Shown here one piece after another: positions 9,579-18,645 of a stretch of 64,000 bases of DNA. The DNA lies in the NCBI GenBank assembly GCA_050951325.1, contig JBMNIW010000001.1, positions 160,001 to 224,000 on the forward strand. The letters run 5' to 3'. The DNA is from Clostridia bacterium (GTDB lineage: Bacteria; Bacillota; Clostridia; UBA1212; DUPL01). Below the pieces are notes generated by a model. The model did not search any database and was not told the DNA's origin. It saw nothing but the letters and a program-made list of their open reading frames with translations. The number at the start of each line of letters is the position of its first letter. Position 1 is the stretch's first letter. A program made the position numbers and the translations under genes.

Positions 9579-11271
9579 GCATCACGTTGATTTCTGTGTA
9601 GTAGGCGGTGGTATGGCTGGTGTTTGTGCTGCATTGTCTGCAGCAAGACACGGAGTCAAAGTTGCACTTATGCAGGACAGGCCTGTTCTCGGCGGAAATG
9701 CGTCCTCAGAAATTCGTATGTGGATTTGTGGCGCAAGAGGCAAAAACAATAGAGAAACAGGTATTCTGGAAGAACTTGTTCTTGAGAATCTGTACAGAAA
9801 TAACCCTCCCAACTACCATATCTGGGACAGTGTCCTATATGAGAAAGTCAAAGAGAATGAAAATATTTTTCTTTTACTCAACTGCAGCTGTCTGGATGCA
9901 GAGATGGAGGGAAACGTTATAAAATCAGTCACAGGATGGCAAACCACCACCCAGACAAAACACCAGATTTTCGCAAAATACTTTGCTGACTGTTCCGGAG
10001 ACAGTATACTTGCTCCTTTGACGAATGCCGAATACAGGGTTGGAAGAGAATCGAGAGATGAGTTTGGCGAGTCAATACAACCAGAGAGTCCTGACAGGAA
10101 AACCATGGGGCACAGCATTTTGCTTCAAATAAGAGAGACAAATACAAAATCAACCTTTATACCTCCCAAATTTGCATACAAATTTGATGAAGATGACTTG
10201 CAATACCGAAATCATCAAATTGGCTCCAACTTCTGGTGGATAGAACTGGGCGGAGAAGACGATACAATATATGATACGGAGTCCATAAGAGATGAACTCC
10301 TTAAGATTGCTTTTGGGGTTTGGGACCATATGAAAAACCACGGCAACCATGGTGTTGACAACTATGTGCTTGACTGGATTGGGTTCTTGCCCGGAAAACG
10401 AGAAAGCAGAAGGTATGTTGGGGATTACATAATGACTCAAAACGACATAGAAAAAGAAGGCAGATTCCATGACATAGTTGCCTATGGCGGTTGGTCCATG
10501 GACGATCATCCTCCAGGAGGATTCAGACATAAAGGAAAACCAACAACCCACCATCCCGCCCCCTCCCCTTACGGCATCCCCTATAGGGTTCTGTACTCAA
10601 AAAACATAGAAAACCTGTTCTTTGCAGGCAGAAACATAAGCGTCACCCACGCAGCTTTAAGCTCAACAAGAGTCATGGGTACTTGCAGCGTGCTTGGCCA
10701 GGCTGTGGGCACAGCCGCTTCGATTTGTATCAAGAACAACCTAACACCAAGAGGAATTTACGAAAGCAAGATAAAGGAGCTGCAAAAGCTTCTGATGTTT
10801 GATGATTGCTATCTTCCATTTATGAAAAGAGAAGTAACACCTCTTGCCAAAGAGGCAGTATTGGATGAAAAATATGAGAATATAAGGAATGGGTATGACA
10901 GACCTATAGAAGATGAGGACAATGGCGTTTACCTCAATCTTGGAGAGAGTATTGAATTTTCATATGATCAGTATGTGAAAACAAAGGGCTTGAGAATTGT
11001 ATTTGACAGCAACCTTAACCGAAAAAATCACAACATGCCTTGTTATTACCCATTGGAAATTGCAGACTTTCATGTTCCAAAGACTCTGGTAAAGGAATTT
11101 ATTGTTACTGCAGATACTCCTGAAGGAACCAAGGTTGTGCACAAGGAAGAAAACAACTACCAGAGACTGGTTTTTCTTGAGTTTAATGAAACAGTAAAGT
11201 CAATAAGTATAACACTGGTTTCCACATGGGGAGAAGAAAGGGCCCATATTTTCTCAATAGACGTTCTGTAA
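9565..11271 (+). CDS. FAD-dependent oxidoreductase
   Basis: Rossmann motif VVGGGMAGVCAA; LGGNASSE, DCSGD, KRESRR and STRVMGT motifs. Confidence 0.88.
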   Translation: MRGIKHHVDFCVVGGGMAGVCAALSAARHGVKVALMQDRPVLGGNASSEIRMWICGARGKNNRETGILEELVLENLYRNNPPNYHIWDSVLYEKVKENENIFLLLNCSCLDAEMEGNVIKSVTGWQTTTQTKHQIFAKYFADCSGDSILAPLTNAEYRVGRESRDEFGESIQPESPDRKTMGHSILLQIRETNTKSTFIPPKFAYKFDEDDLQYRNHQIGSNFWWIELGGEDDTIYDTESIRDELLKIAFGVWDHMKNHGNHGVDNYVLDWIGFLPGKRESRRYVGDYIMTQNDIEKEGRFHDIVAYGGWSMDDHPPGGFRHKGKPTTHHPAPSPYGIPYRVLYSKNIENLFFAGRNISVTHAALSSTRVMGTCSVLGQAVGTAASICIKNNLTPRGIYESKIKELQKLLMFDDCYLPFMKREVTPLAKEAVLDEKYENIRNGYDRPIEDEDNGVYLNLGESIEFSYDQYVKTKGLRIVFDSNLNRKNHNMPCYYPLEIADFHVPKTLVKEFIVTADTPEGTKVVHKEENNYQRLVFLEFNETVKSISITLVSTWGEERAHIFSIDVL

Positions 11272-11381
11272 CGGCTTTCCGAAATATCTACAATATTTTT
11301 TCAGATAACCGTTATACATAAGACAGGAAAAAGCTTATGGTATAGAATTTATTAACCAGACAGATATGAGGTGAAACATAT

Positions 11382-12167
11382 ATGAAAAATACCTTAGTCA
11401 AATGTTTAAATTTATTGATTGTGATAATGCTGCTTTCGACATCGGGATGTAAAAACAAAGATGAAGTTGAAAACTCACCCACTCCATATATTACGCCTCT
11501 GAAGACTGCAGAACCCACCAGTTCACCAACACCAGTACCAAGAGAAATATATGATGGACCGGATTTCGGAAAAAAAGCAGAAATAGAAGTTGATGGGCAC
11601 CAAATGGATCCAACCGAACGACCTAAAGAGTTAATGGTGGATGAAGATCCTGATACAAGATGGGCGTTCAAGCTGTTCCCAACCGATGTCATATTCGATT
11701 TCGGCGCACCCTTTGTACTTAGTAAAATTATTTTTACCTGGCTTAATCTAGAGCGCGAATACTACTACGAAGTATATGCAAGTGTGGATAATAAAAATTG
11801 GGAACTAGTAGTTGACCGTTCACAAGACTCGGAACCGTATACAACTGTTGATGATTTAAAGGGTGTTTATGCCAGATATCTTTGCATAACACTTATAGAC
11901 AACTCCGACCAAAACGGATGGGCGGCTATTAACGAAGTGGATATTGAAGGTTTCAGGTTCGGTGACTCTGATTATGATGTTGACCTTGAGAATAAACGAA
12001 TCAAGGTGTCTGAACCATGTGATGTTGATACATTTATCAACAACTGCAAACTGGGCAGACTATATGAGGCTTCTGTCCAAACAGATGAAGAGGAAATTAA
12101 AGACGGAGATGTTTTGGTTGTAAAATGTGGCGATGTTGATTTTGAATATGTAATCGTAGTGAATTAA
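11382..12167 (+). CDS. Lipoprotein with F5/8 type C (discoidin) domain, paralogue 2
   Basis: Lipobox TSGC; aligns along its length with 3322..4086. Confidence 0.82.
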   Translation: MKNTLVKCLNLLIVIMLLSTSGCKNKDEVENSPTPYITPLKTAEPTSSPTPVPREIYDGPDFGKKAEIEVDGHQMDPTERPKELMVDEDPDTRWAFKLFPTDVIFDFGAPFVLSKIIFTWLNLEREYYYEVYASVDNKNWELVVDRSQDSEPYTTVDDLKGVYARYLCITLIDNSDQNGWAAINEVDIEGFRFGDSDYDVDLENKRIKVSEPCDVDTFINNCKLGRLYEASVQTDEEEIKDGDVLVVKCGDVDFEYVIVVN

Positions 12168-12170
12168 GCT

Positions 12171-12204
12171 AATATGCGGGATATAAACAATCCCGCATAT
12201 TTTC
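12171..12204. terminator. Intrinsic terminator between convergent genes
   Basis: AATATGCGGGAT-loop-ATCCCGCATATT followed by Ts. Confidence 0.75.
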
Positions 12205-12225
12205 AATCCAGCTTTTAACTTTCTG

Positions 12226-13026
12226 TTAATCATGCATCATCATAAACTCAAGAAGGTTTCCACCAAGAATCCTTTCCTTGTCTTCATCATCAACATTCAG
12301 TGACAAAATACAGGAAATGGCTTCCTTGATTTTGTCAGGACCGTTATAAGGGAAATCCAGACCAAAGATTAATCGCTTGACACTTGTCTGCCATATAAGT
12401 TCTTCAACTTTCTCATTGCCTAAATACCAGCATCGGTTTGTACCTCTATCAAACACACTGGTTATTCCAGCATATGTGTTTTTAGGGTTGTTGGACATAA
12501 CCGCTACAGCCTCATTGAAGAAAGAATAGCCGCCAACATGTTCAAGGGTAAACTTAAGGTTTCTAAAATTGAATGCAACTTCATCAAACAAAAGGGTGTG
12601 ACTTTCTCGAATTCTAGCTTTGTGTACTCCCGTATGAAAAGAGATTGGCAGACCCAATTGTTCTGCTTTCTCATATACCGAATATGCTTTTTTATCGTCC
12701 ACGGCAAAATGTTGAAAAGCAGGATGCATCTTTATTCCATTTAAACCAAGGTCATAAATCTCTTGCACCTGCTCAACGACATTATCCTTATTCATATCTA
12801 TAACTCCAAATCCATAAAGTCTGTCATCATCCTTTATTTTTGAATAAAGCCACCTATTGGGGTTGGTATTCGGTTCCTCATCGTAGTTGAAGTGTCTTGG
12901 AAAAGGAGCAAAAGCTACTGCCTGGCTTATGCCGCATTCATCCATTACTTGTTTAAGTACGGAAATGGTTCCTTGTGGTCTTTTTGATTCTTGAAAAACA
13001 TGAGCATGATTTGCAATAATTTTCAT
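12226..13026 (-). CDS. Amidohydrolase 2 family metal-dependent hydrolase
   Basis: NHAHVF, GIKMHP, FHTG, LEHVGG and FGLDFPY motifs; ATG 13026 after AGGAGG. Confidence 0.88.
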   Translation of the reverse strand: MKIIANHAHVFQESKRPQGTISVLKQVMDECGISQAVAFAPFPRHFNYDEEPNTNPNRWLYSKIKDDDRLYGFGVIDMNKDNVVEQVQEIYDLGLNGIKMHPAFQHFAVDDKKAYSVYEKAEQLGLPISFHTGVHKARIRESHTLLFDEVAFNFRNLKFTLEHVGGYSFFNEAVAVMSNNPKNTYAGITSVFDRGTNRCWYLGNEKVEELIWQTSVKRLIFGLDFPYNGPDKIKEAISCILSLNVDDEDKERILGGNLLEFMMMHD

Positions 13027-13314
13027 AACATTGCCTCCTGTCAGTTTTATTCCATAGCACATATGTCTTTTTCAACTCAGCAAATATATTATACAAAAGC
13101 CAATTTCTTTTCTTGTAATTTCACGCCACATTTTAAATATTAGTGTAATAATCGGAACTCCTTATTGAGTTTGTAATAACTAAAATTATACTTTCCGTTT
13201 TTTATACTACATATTGCTCATAAATCCGAAACATTAACGTCAATATCTCTTACGGATTTTATACTACAAGAACAACAGAGAAAGAAATAACTGCTTTTTC
13301 GGAGGTGATTTAAA

Positions 13315-14101
13315 ATGAAAAAAATTATAGCAAAATGCATAAGTGCACTAATGGTACTGGCACTCCTTTTATTACGGGTTGTGACAAGGAAGAAACGTTA
13401 AACACACCCACGCAATCTTCCCCTGCAACGCCTAGTACAACTGTCCAGCCTACCATCTCGCCAACACGCGAACCTGTTGAAATATATGATGGACCGGATT
13501 TCGGAAAAAAAGCTGATATAGAAGTAGAAGGACATCAAACGAGTCCTAGCGAACGACCCAAAAAGTTTATGGTTGATGGCAATCCTCTTACAAGATGGGC
13601 ATTTAAACAGTTTCCTACAGACGTGTTCTTTGATTTTGGCGCACCTTTCATATTAAGCAAGATACATTTAACATGGCACGAGGTTGGACGCACCTACTAT
13701 TATGAACTGTATGCCAGTTATGATGGAGAGAAGTGGATATGCTTGCAGATCGTTCGGAAGACTCAGAACCGTATACAACTGTTGATGATTTAAATGGTAT
13801 TTATGCCAGATATCTTTGCATAACACTTGTTGACAACTCCGACCATAATGGATGGGCGGCTATTAATGAAGTGGATATTGAAGGTTTCAGGTTCGGTGAC
13901 TCTGATTATGATATTGACCTTGAGAATAAACGAATCAAGGTATCTGAACCATGTGATGTTGATACATTTATCAACAACTGCAAACTGGGCAGACTATATG
14001 AGGCTTCTGTCCAAACAGATGAAGAGGAAATTAAAGACGGAGATGTTTTGGTTGTAAAATGCGGTGATGTTGTTTTTGAATATGAGATTGTAATTGGATA
14101 A
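13315..14101 (+). pseudogene. Discoidin lipoprotein paralogue 3 with two 1-nt frameshifts (pseudogene or sequencing error)
   Basis: ATG 13315 after GGAGGTG. Adding one T near 13368 restores lipobox ITGC, and adding one G near 13736 joins ORFs 13335..13793 and 13733..14101. Confidence 0.8.
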
Positions 14102-14113
14102 GCGCAGTTAGTA

Positions 14114-14153
14114 AAAGATAACGGGACGTGGCAACACACGTCCCATTATCTTT
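14114..14153. terminator. Stem-loop after paralogue 3 (terminator or REP-like)
   Basis: AAAGATAACGGGACGTG-loop-CACGTCCCATTATCTTT. Confidence 0.6.
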
Positions 14154-14326
14154 GATTGCGCAGAATGCTGTAGTCATCCAACAATACAGGAGGTAGTTAT
14201 TGGTCTTGTTTTTATCCAAACAGGTAGCGATACTTATTCCCCCTAATGCACTCTGCAAGTACATATTTTTGCCGTCCTAAAACCAATGCGCATCGCCTAC
14301 CAAGGTGATTTCAAATATTTCATATA

Positions 14327-14651
14327 TATTATACTAAATTAATCGGATTTTTATAATATTTTTTTATCACTTTTTATAATTTTTGTACAGAAATCGGAAC
14401 TCTTTTTTATTTGTAAATTTTATGTTAACACCCTTGATTATGACGTTACGTAATGTTTTATACTATCAGGGAGGTGATAAATAATGAATGAAGACTGCTT
14501 GTTTACAGTAGGAGAACTTGCAAAAAAATGTGGAGTTACTGTGCGAACGCTGCAATACTACGACCAATGCGGATTACTTTCGCCCAGCCGCTACTCGGAA
14601 GGTGGAAGACGCCTTTACAGTATTGATGATGTTTTGCGTTTGCAGCAAATC
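14327..14651 (+). repeat. 325-bp direct repeat, left copy (target-site duplication of the IS1634-family element)
   Basis: Appears identical by eye to 20277..20601 (offset 5950); contains the merR promoter and the first 56 codons. Confidence 0.93.
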
Positions 14652-14681
14652 CCCGTCTTCCGTCATAAGGTACTAGTATAA
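14484..14681 (+). pseudogene. Truncated duplicate of the merR 5' end
   Basis: Matches the 20434 ORF up to ...LRLQQI, then reads into the IS end. Confidence 0.9.
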
Positions 14682-14848
14682 TCCGTAATTCCAAAATAGA
14701 TATGCATTGTTATTAACTTATAAACCTTGGAAAACCTACATTTTATTTGTGTTTACACCAGAAAAATCTGGTGTTTTTTTCTTGCAAAAAAATTTTATGC
14801 ATGATATAATAATAGTACTTCATAGTACCCTGAAAACGGAGGATTAAC

Positions 14849-15010
14849 ATGGCATACTTTTTACGTAAAGATAAAAGAAAAAATGGTTTATATCTTCAAA
14901 TGTACGAAAATTATTGGGATAAGAATTTGAAACAGGCAAGAACAAGACATATTTGTTCCTTCGGATATGTTGAGGATCTTGTTTCCGACGATATTCCTGA
15001 TCCTATTGCA
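14849..15010 (+). pseudogene. IS1634-family transposase, N-terminal 54 codons
   Basis: GGAGG RBS; MAYFLRKDKRKNGLYLQMYENYWDK...DDIPDPIA; joins in frame to 18646. Confidence 0.85.
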
Positions 15011-15012
15011 TA

Positions 15013-15694
15013 ACAACTTCAATCAAAATCGAAGAACATAATTATGGTCTTTACATTTATTACAATAAGACAAATGCAGCTGCAGAAGAAAATAGACTCT
15101 TCGATCATGTAGACAGGTTAGAAAAAGAAATCATAAAGAAAATGAAGCCGGTGCGCCACAACCGCTATACAAAGTATTATACTATCGAAGAGGCTAAAGA
15201 AGGTGAGATTCGTTCTTTTGAAAGAAACTATGACAAAATTGCAGAAGCTTGCGAGCTATTAGGTGTGTTTTGCTTCTTAAGCACTGAGCAAGGAATGTCC
15301 CCTGCAGAAGCGCTAGAACTATACAAGAGACGAGATGAAATTGAAAAGATTTATGATGTATCAAAAAATGAACTTGATGCAGATCGTTTTTTGGTTCAAA
15401 CGGATCAAACTGCAAAAGGCAAACATTTTGTTCATTTCTTAGCGCTAATCTTATGGGCTGACTTGCAAAGAAAAGTTCGTCAGTGCGATAACAAACCCGA
15501 GAAGACAATAGAGCGCATGCTTTGTGAAATCAAGAAAATCAAATATATTGAATACGAAAGTGGCCGAACTCTTGCTGAACCTCTTACACGTAAACAAAAG
15601 GATATTTTAGACTGCTGTGGTATTGATAAGAATACTTTTGTAGAAAGAATAGTAGCGGGTGTTATGTAGACTATAAAAGCAACGGGAATTCAGG
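15013..15694 (+). mobile_element. 3' remnant of a second IS1634/IS4-like element (transposase C-terminus plus right end)
   Basis: ORF 15142..15669 has LYKRRDEIEKIY (Y-R-E signature) and GKHFVHFLALIL; the terminus reads rc CCTGAATTCCCGTTGC. Confidence 0.72.
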
Positions 15695-15699
15695 TTAAA

Positions 15700-16230
15700 T
15701 AAATCAAGTTTGCTAGGTTTATTCCGCTTTCTTGGCTTTCCTTTATATCCTTCATGATATTTCTTTACCGTCCTCCAATCCATATTATATTTTCTACCAA
15801 GAGCTGCATAGTTAGGTTTAATCTCTAAGTTATCCATAATTGTCAGTTCTCCTTGTAAATTGTATTGCATATTGATCCACCTCCATAGAAAGTATACCAA
15901 TATATTCAAAAAGACAAAATAAGAATGTAGGTTTTACGACAATTTTATTTTGCATTTTTCCTACATTCTTATTATAAACTTTGCAAAAGACCTTGGGACG
16001 CTGTCCCAAACCCTGTCCTCGCCAGAAGGCAGCCGGTCTATTATTTAGACCAGCAAGCAAGAGGATAATAGGTTATCTTTGTCAAGGGTCAAGATAAATT
16101 CGCTTTCGCTCCCCCTTGACAAAACTTTTAAGGAGTCAGGGCTATTTTAGTGTACCCTTCTTTATAAAAAACATTAAAAAGAAAAAAGACTTCATTTACT
16201 GGAAAACAGGTCATTTTAGGCGATTAAACA
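15700..16230 (-). mobile_element. IS21-family left end with truncated istA
   Basis: IstA-like HTH KPNYAALGRKYNMDWRTVKKY after GGAGG; candidate TG-starting end TGTTTAATCGCC at 16230; several hairpins. Confidence 0.68.
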
Positions 16231-16325
16231 GCTGAATTTACCACAATAATGTATGGGATATTTCTAAATAAAACACCATCACTATTTATTACAACTTTTC
16301 CGAAATTATTCATGTAAAGTAATTA

Positions 16326-16354
16326 TTGACAATGTGTTAGATTTCGTGTATTAT
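16326..16354 (+). promoter_or_regulatory. Sigma-A-like promoter
   Basis: TTGACA-17 bp-TATTAT, with TG at the end of the spacer. Confidence 0.5.
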
Positions 16355-16840
16355 AAAAACAGTGATATAATACGAGTTATATAGATGCAGTATATTTGAA
16401 ATAAAACTAAAAGTGGGATTAGTGTAAGGATTCGAAAAATGTAATTATATTGTAGTGTCATATAGATTAAAAAAACTTGAGAATTTAATTTTAATGATTA
16501 GGTGGATTTTGGTGCTATTCCAGATTATGCAAAGGTCATCGCAAGCCTGATGCTTATACCACATTTAGGGTGACTTACTGCATGAAAATTGTAGAGGGGA
16601 ATTATCAGCCTGTAATTCATATGCAGTATTACTTGTCTGGTTCTAAGTACATGGTATGATAATAATAAAAGGAGTTGCAAGTATTTTAGGGAACTAGGTT
16701 GTTTCTGATTAGGTGTTATACAACGAAAGAAAACTCAGAGAAAACAGTCTAGTAGTACAACTAATTTGTAGTTTTCACACGATGGAAAAGCCTCTTTAAG
16801 AAAGTAAAAGAGTTTATTAGTAAAAAGGAGAGATTTACTC

Positions 16841-17533
16841 ATGTATATTCGGAAAGCTATTGTTATTATTTTGATGCTTATTATGACATTTACTTTAGCT
16901 ACTACTGCAAAAGAGAAAGATAATGTTGACGATATTTTTAAAGAGGCAGAAGTAGCATATTCGTGGTTTACTAGTTTCTGTATTCATACGACAATTGGTA
17001 AATTAGATTTTGAAAACCCACCTTTAGTATTAGACGGTACTAAATACTATAAGCTTATCGATGGCATAACAAACATGGATAACCTAAAAAGTCATTTATT
17101 AACTTTGTTTTCACCAGAGGTGGTCGAGAATCTTCTTTCAAGCGAGATTGATGGCCATAAATATTTTATAGAGAAAGATAGAAACTTATACTATACATTA
17201 GATGCGATAGGGTTAAATGATTATACTATTGGCGAACGAAAGCTAACTATCAAGGGAGAGTATGGTAATAGTATAACTTGCGAGCTTGAATATAAGGTTG
17301 TTGACGATGATGGAAATATGTACAAAAAAGAGTACATTGAGTATCAACTTGTAAAGAACGATTCAGGTAATTACGTTTTCACCAGTTTTACTCTTCCTGC
17401 TTCAAAATGGACTTTTTACGAGAATAACCCACAATCCGATGATACTGTATCAAAGATTGGTTTTATTATTATACTAGCTGTAGTTACTGTGATCTTTAAA
17501 AGATACAACTATCTATATATTAATTCTAATTAG
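16841..17533 (+). CDS. Secreted or surface protein (IseA-like domain possible) with C-terminal NPQSD-TM-basic tail
   Basis: AAGGAG RBS; signal peptide; LKSHLLTLFSPEVVENL...FIEKDRNLY; C-terminal hydrophobic helix followed by KR. Confidence 0.65.
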   Translation: MYIRKAIVIILMLIMTFTLATTAKEKDNVDDIFKEAEVAYSWFTSFCIHTTIGKLDFENPPLVLDGTKYYKLIDGITNMDNLKSHLLTLFSPEVVENLLSSEIDGHKYFIEKDRNLYYTLDAIGLNDYTIGERKLTIKGEYGNSITCELEYKVVDDDGNMYKKEYIEYQLVKNDSGNYVFTSFTLPASKWTFYENNPQSDDTVSKIGFIIILAVVTVIFKRYNYLYINSN

Positions 17534-17599
17534 CGCTTATAAAAATGATACTATATCTTCTTAATGAGTGAGCAAAGGGTTTTCAAAACTCTTGATTTT

Positions 17600-17630
17600 G
17601 ATGAAGGGAACTACCTAGTCCCTTCGTTTT
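17600..17630 (+). terminator. Intrinsic terminator after the cargo gene
   Basis: GATGAAGGGA-loop-TCCCTTCGTT followed by TT. Confidence 0.65.
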
Positions 17631-17633
17631 ACT

Positions 17634-17682
17634 GTGTGTCGGCATGACACAAGCCTTGCAGGTGAAAGTCCTGCCACAGGTA
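17634..17682 (+). mobile_element. 5' stub of a group IIC-like intron
   Basis: Starts GTGTGTCGGCATG and contains CAGGTGAAAGTCCTG; lies immediately after a terminator hairpin. Confidence 0.6.
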
Positions 17683-17706
17683 TAAAGTGTACCCCTTGTC
17701 AAGGAC
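17683..17706 (-). mobile_element. IS3-like terminal repeat fragment
   Basis: rc TGTCCTTGACAAGGGGTACACTTT resembles IS3/IS150 right ends; recognised from memory only. Confidence 0.4.
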
Positions 17707-17780
17707 ATTTCGGGTTTTTGTTATTCCGGTCACACAAGTATTATGTTATACTAATGTTGTTTTACCACAGGAGGGATTTA

Positions 17781-18068
17781 GCCTCTGTTCTCAAAAAAAG
17801 CTCATAGTTATGCGGTTTTGATGTTAAAATTGGTATGTTGCAAATTCGGGCTAATTTTTGATAGAATAAAGCAAAACTAAAAGACAAGGAAGAAACATTT
17901 TGAGGAATAACTACTTAGCAAAATTAGTAAAATACATGAAAGAAGTCTATGATATTGAAAAAGGTTTAAATAACCTTGCCGATGGAAGAGTAAGAAACAT
18001 GCTTACACAAGTTTCATTACACACAAGGGTTTGTATCATCATATTACTGATGATGTACCGGATGAGTT
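17781..18068 (+). mobile_element. Truncated transposase-like 5' fragment(s), family uncertain
   Basis: RBS followed by MRNNYLAKLVKYMKEVYDIEKGLNNLADGRV, then an abrupt change of sequence character. Confidence 0.45.
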
Positions 18069-18202
18069 TACTTTCTATGGAGGTGGATCAATATGCAATA
18101 CAATTTACAGTACCTTGAAAATTTAACACAAACCTCCAATATTCATATGTAATGTGGTATAATATATACATACACACTACATATAGATTTAAGGAGAAAT
18201 TC

Positions 18203-18639
18203 ATGGCTTTTGTTGAAAATAACAGTAACCAACTAACTTTTAATGACAGTTTTTTAGGCTTAACTCAGCGTGAAAGAAATTTTTTACTAAAGTCTTGAGC
18301 AAAACCTTTTGCAGAACTTATTTTCCCTGCAATCGATGAAAAGCCCTTTATTGTATTATACAGTGATAATCCTGCAAGTCGTTCTAATACACCAGTTAAC
18401 GTGATTATTGGCTTGTTGATTCTTAAGGAGTACTTAGGATTATCTGATGATGAAGTTTTAGAATCCTTGTTGTTTGATGTCAGATTCCAATATGCACTTC
18501 ATACAACAAGTTATGAAGAACAACCTATGAGTGATAGAACACTTAGTAGGTTTAGAGCAAGATGTCTCGCATATGAGAAGGAAACAGGAGTAGATCTGAT
18601 TAAAGAATGCATTAATTCACTATCAGGAAAGATTGCAGC
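18203..18639 (+). pseudogene. IS5/IS1182-like transposase N-terminal fragment with an internal stop
   Basis: AAGGAG RBS; MAFVENNSNQLTF..., TGA at 18296, then LKEYLGLSDDEV...DVRFQYAL...SDRTLSRFR (DUF772-like). Confidence 0.72.
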
Positions 18640-18645
18640 ATTGCA

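Noticed and set aside
11815-14090. Diversity-generating retroelement TR/VR pair in the discoidin paralogues
   Set aside because: Both copies are coding, the differences are not confined to adenines, and there is no reverse transcriptase in the window.
14154-14326. Possible REP-associated tyrosine transposase remnant next to the GGGAC...GTCCC hairpin
   Set aside because: Only a vague YCWMT similarity and no HUH motif; too weak to call.
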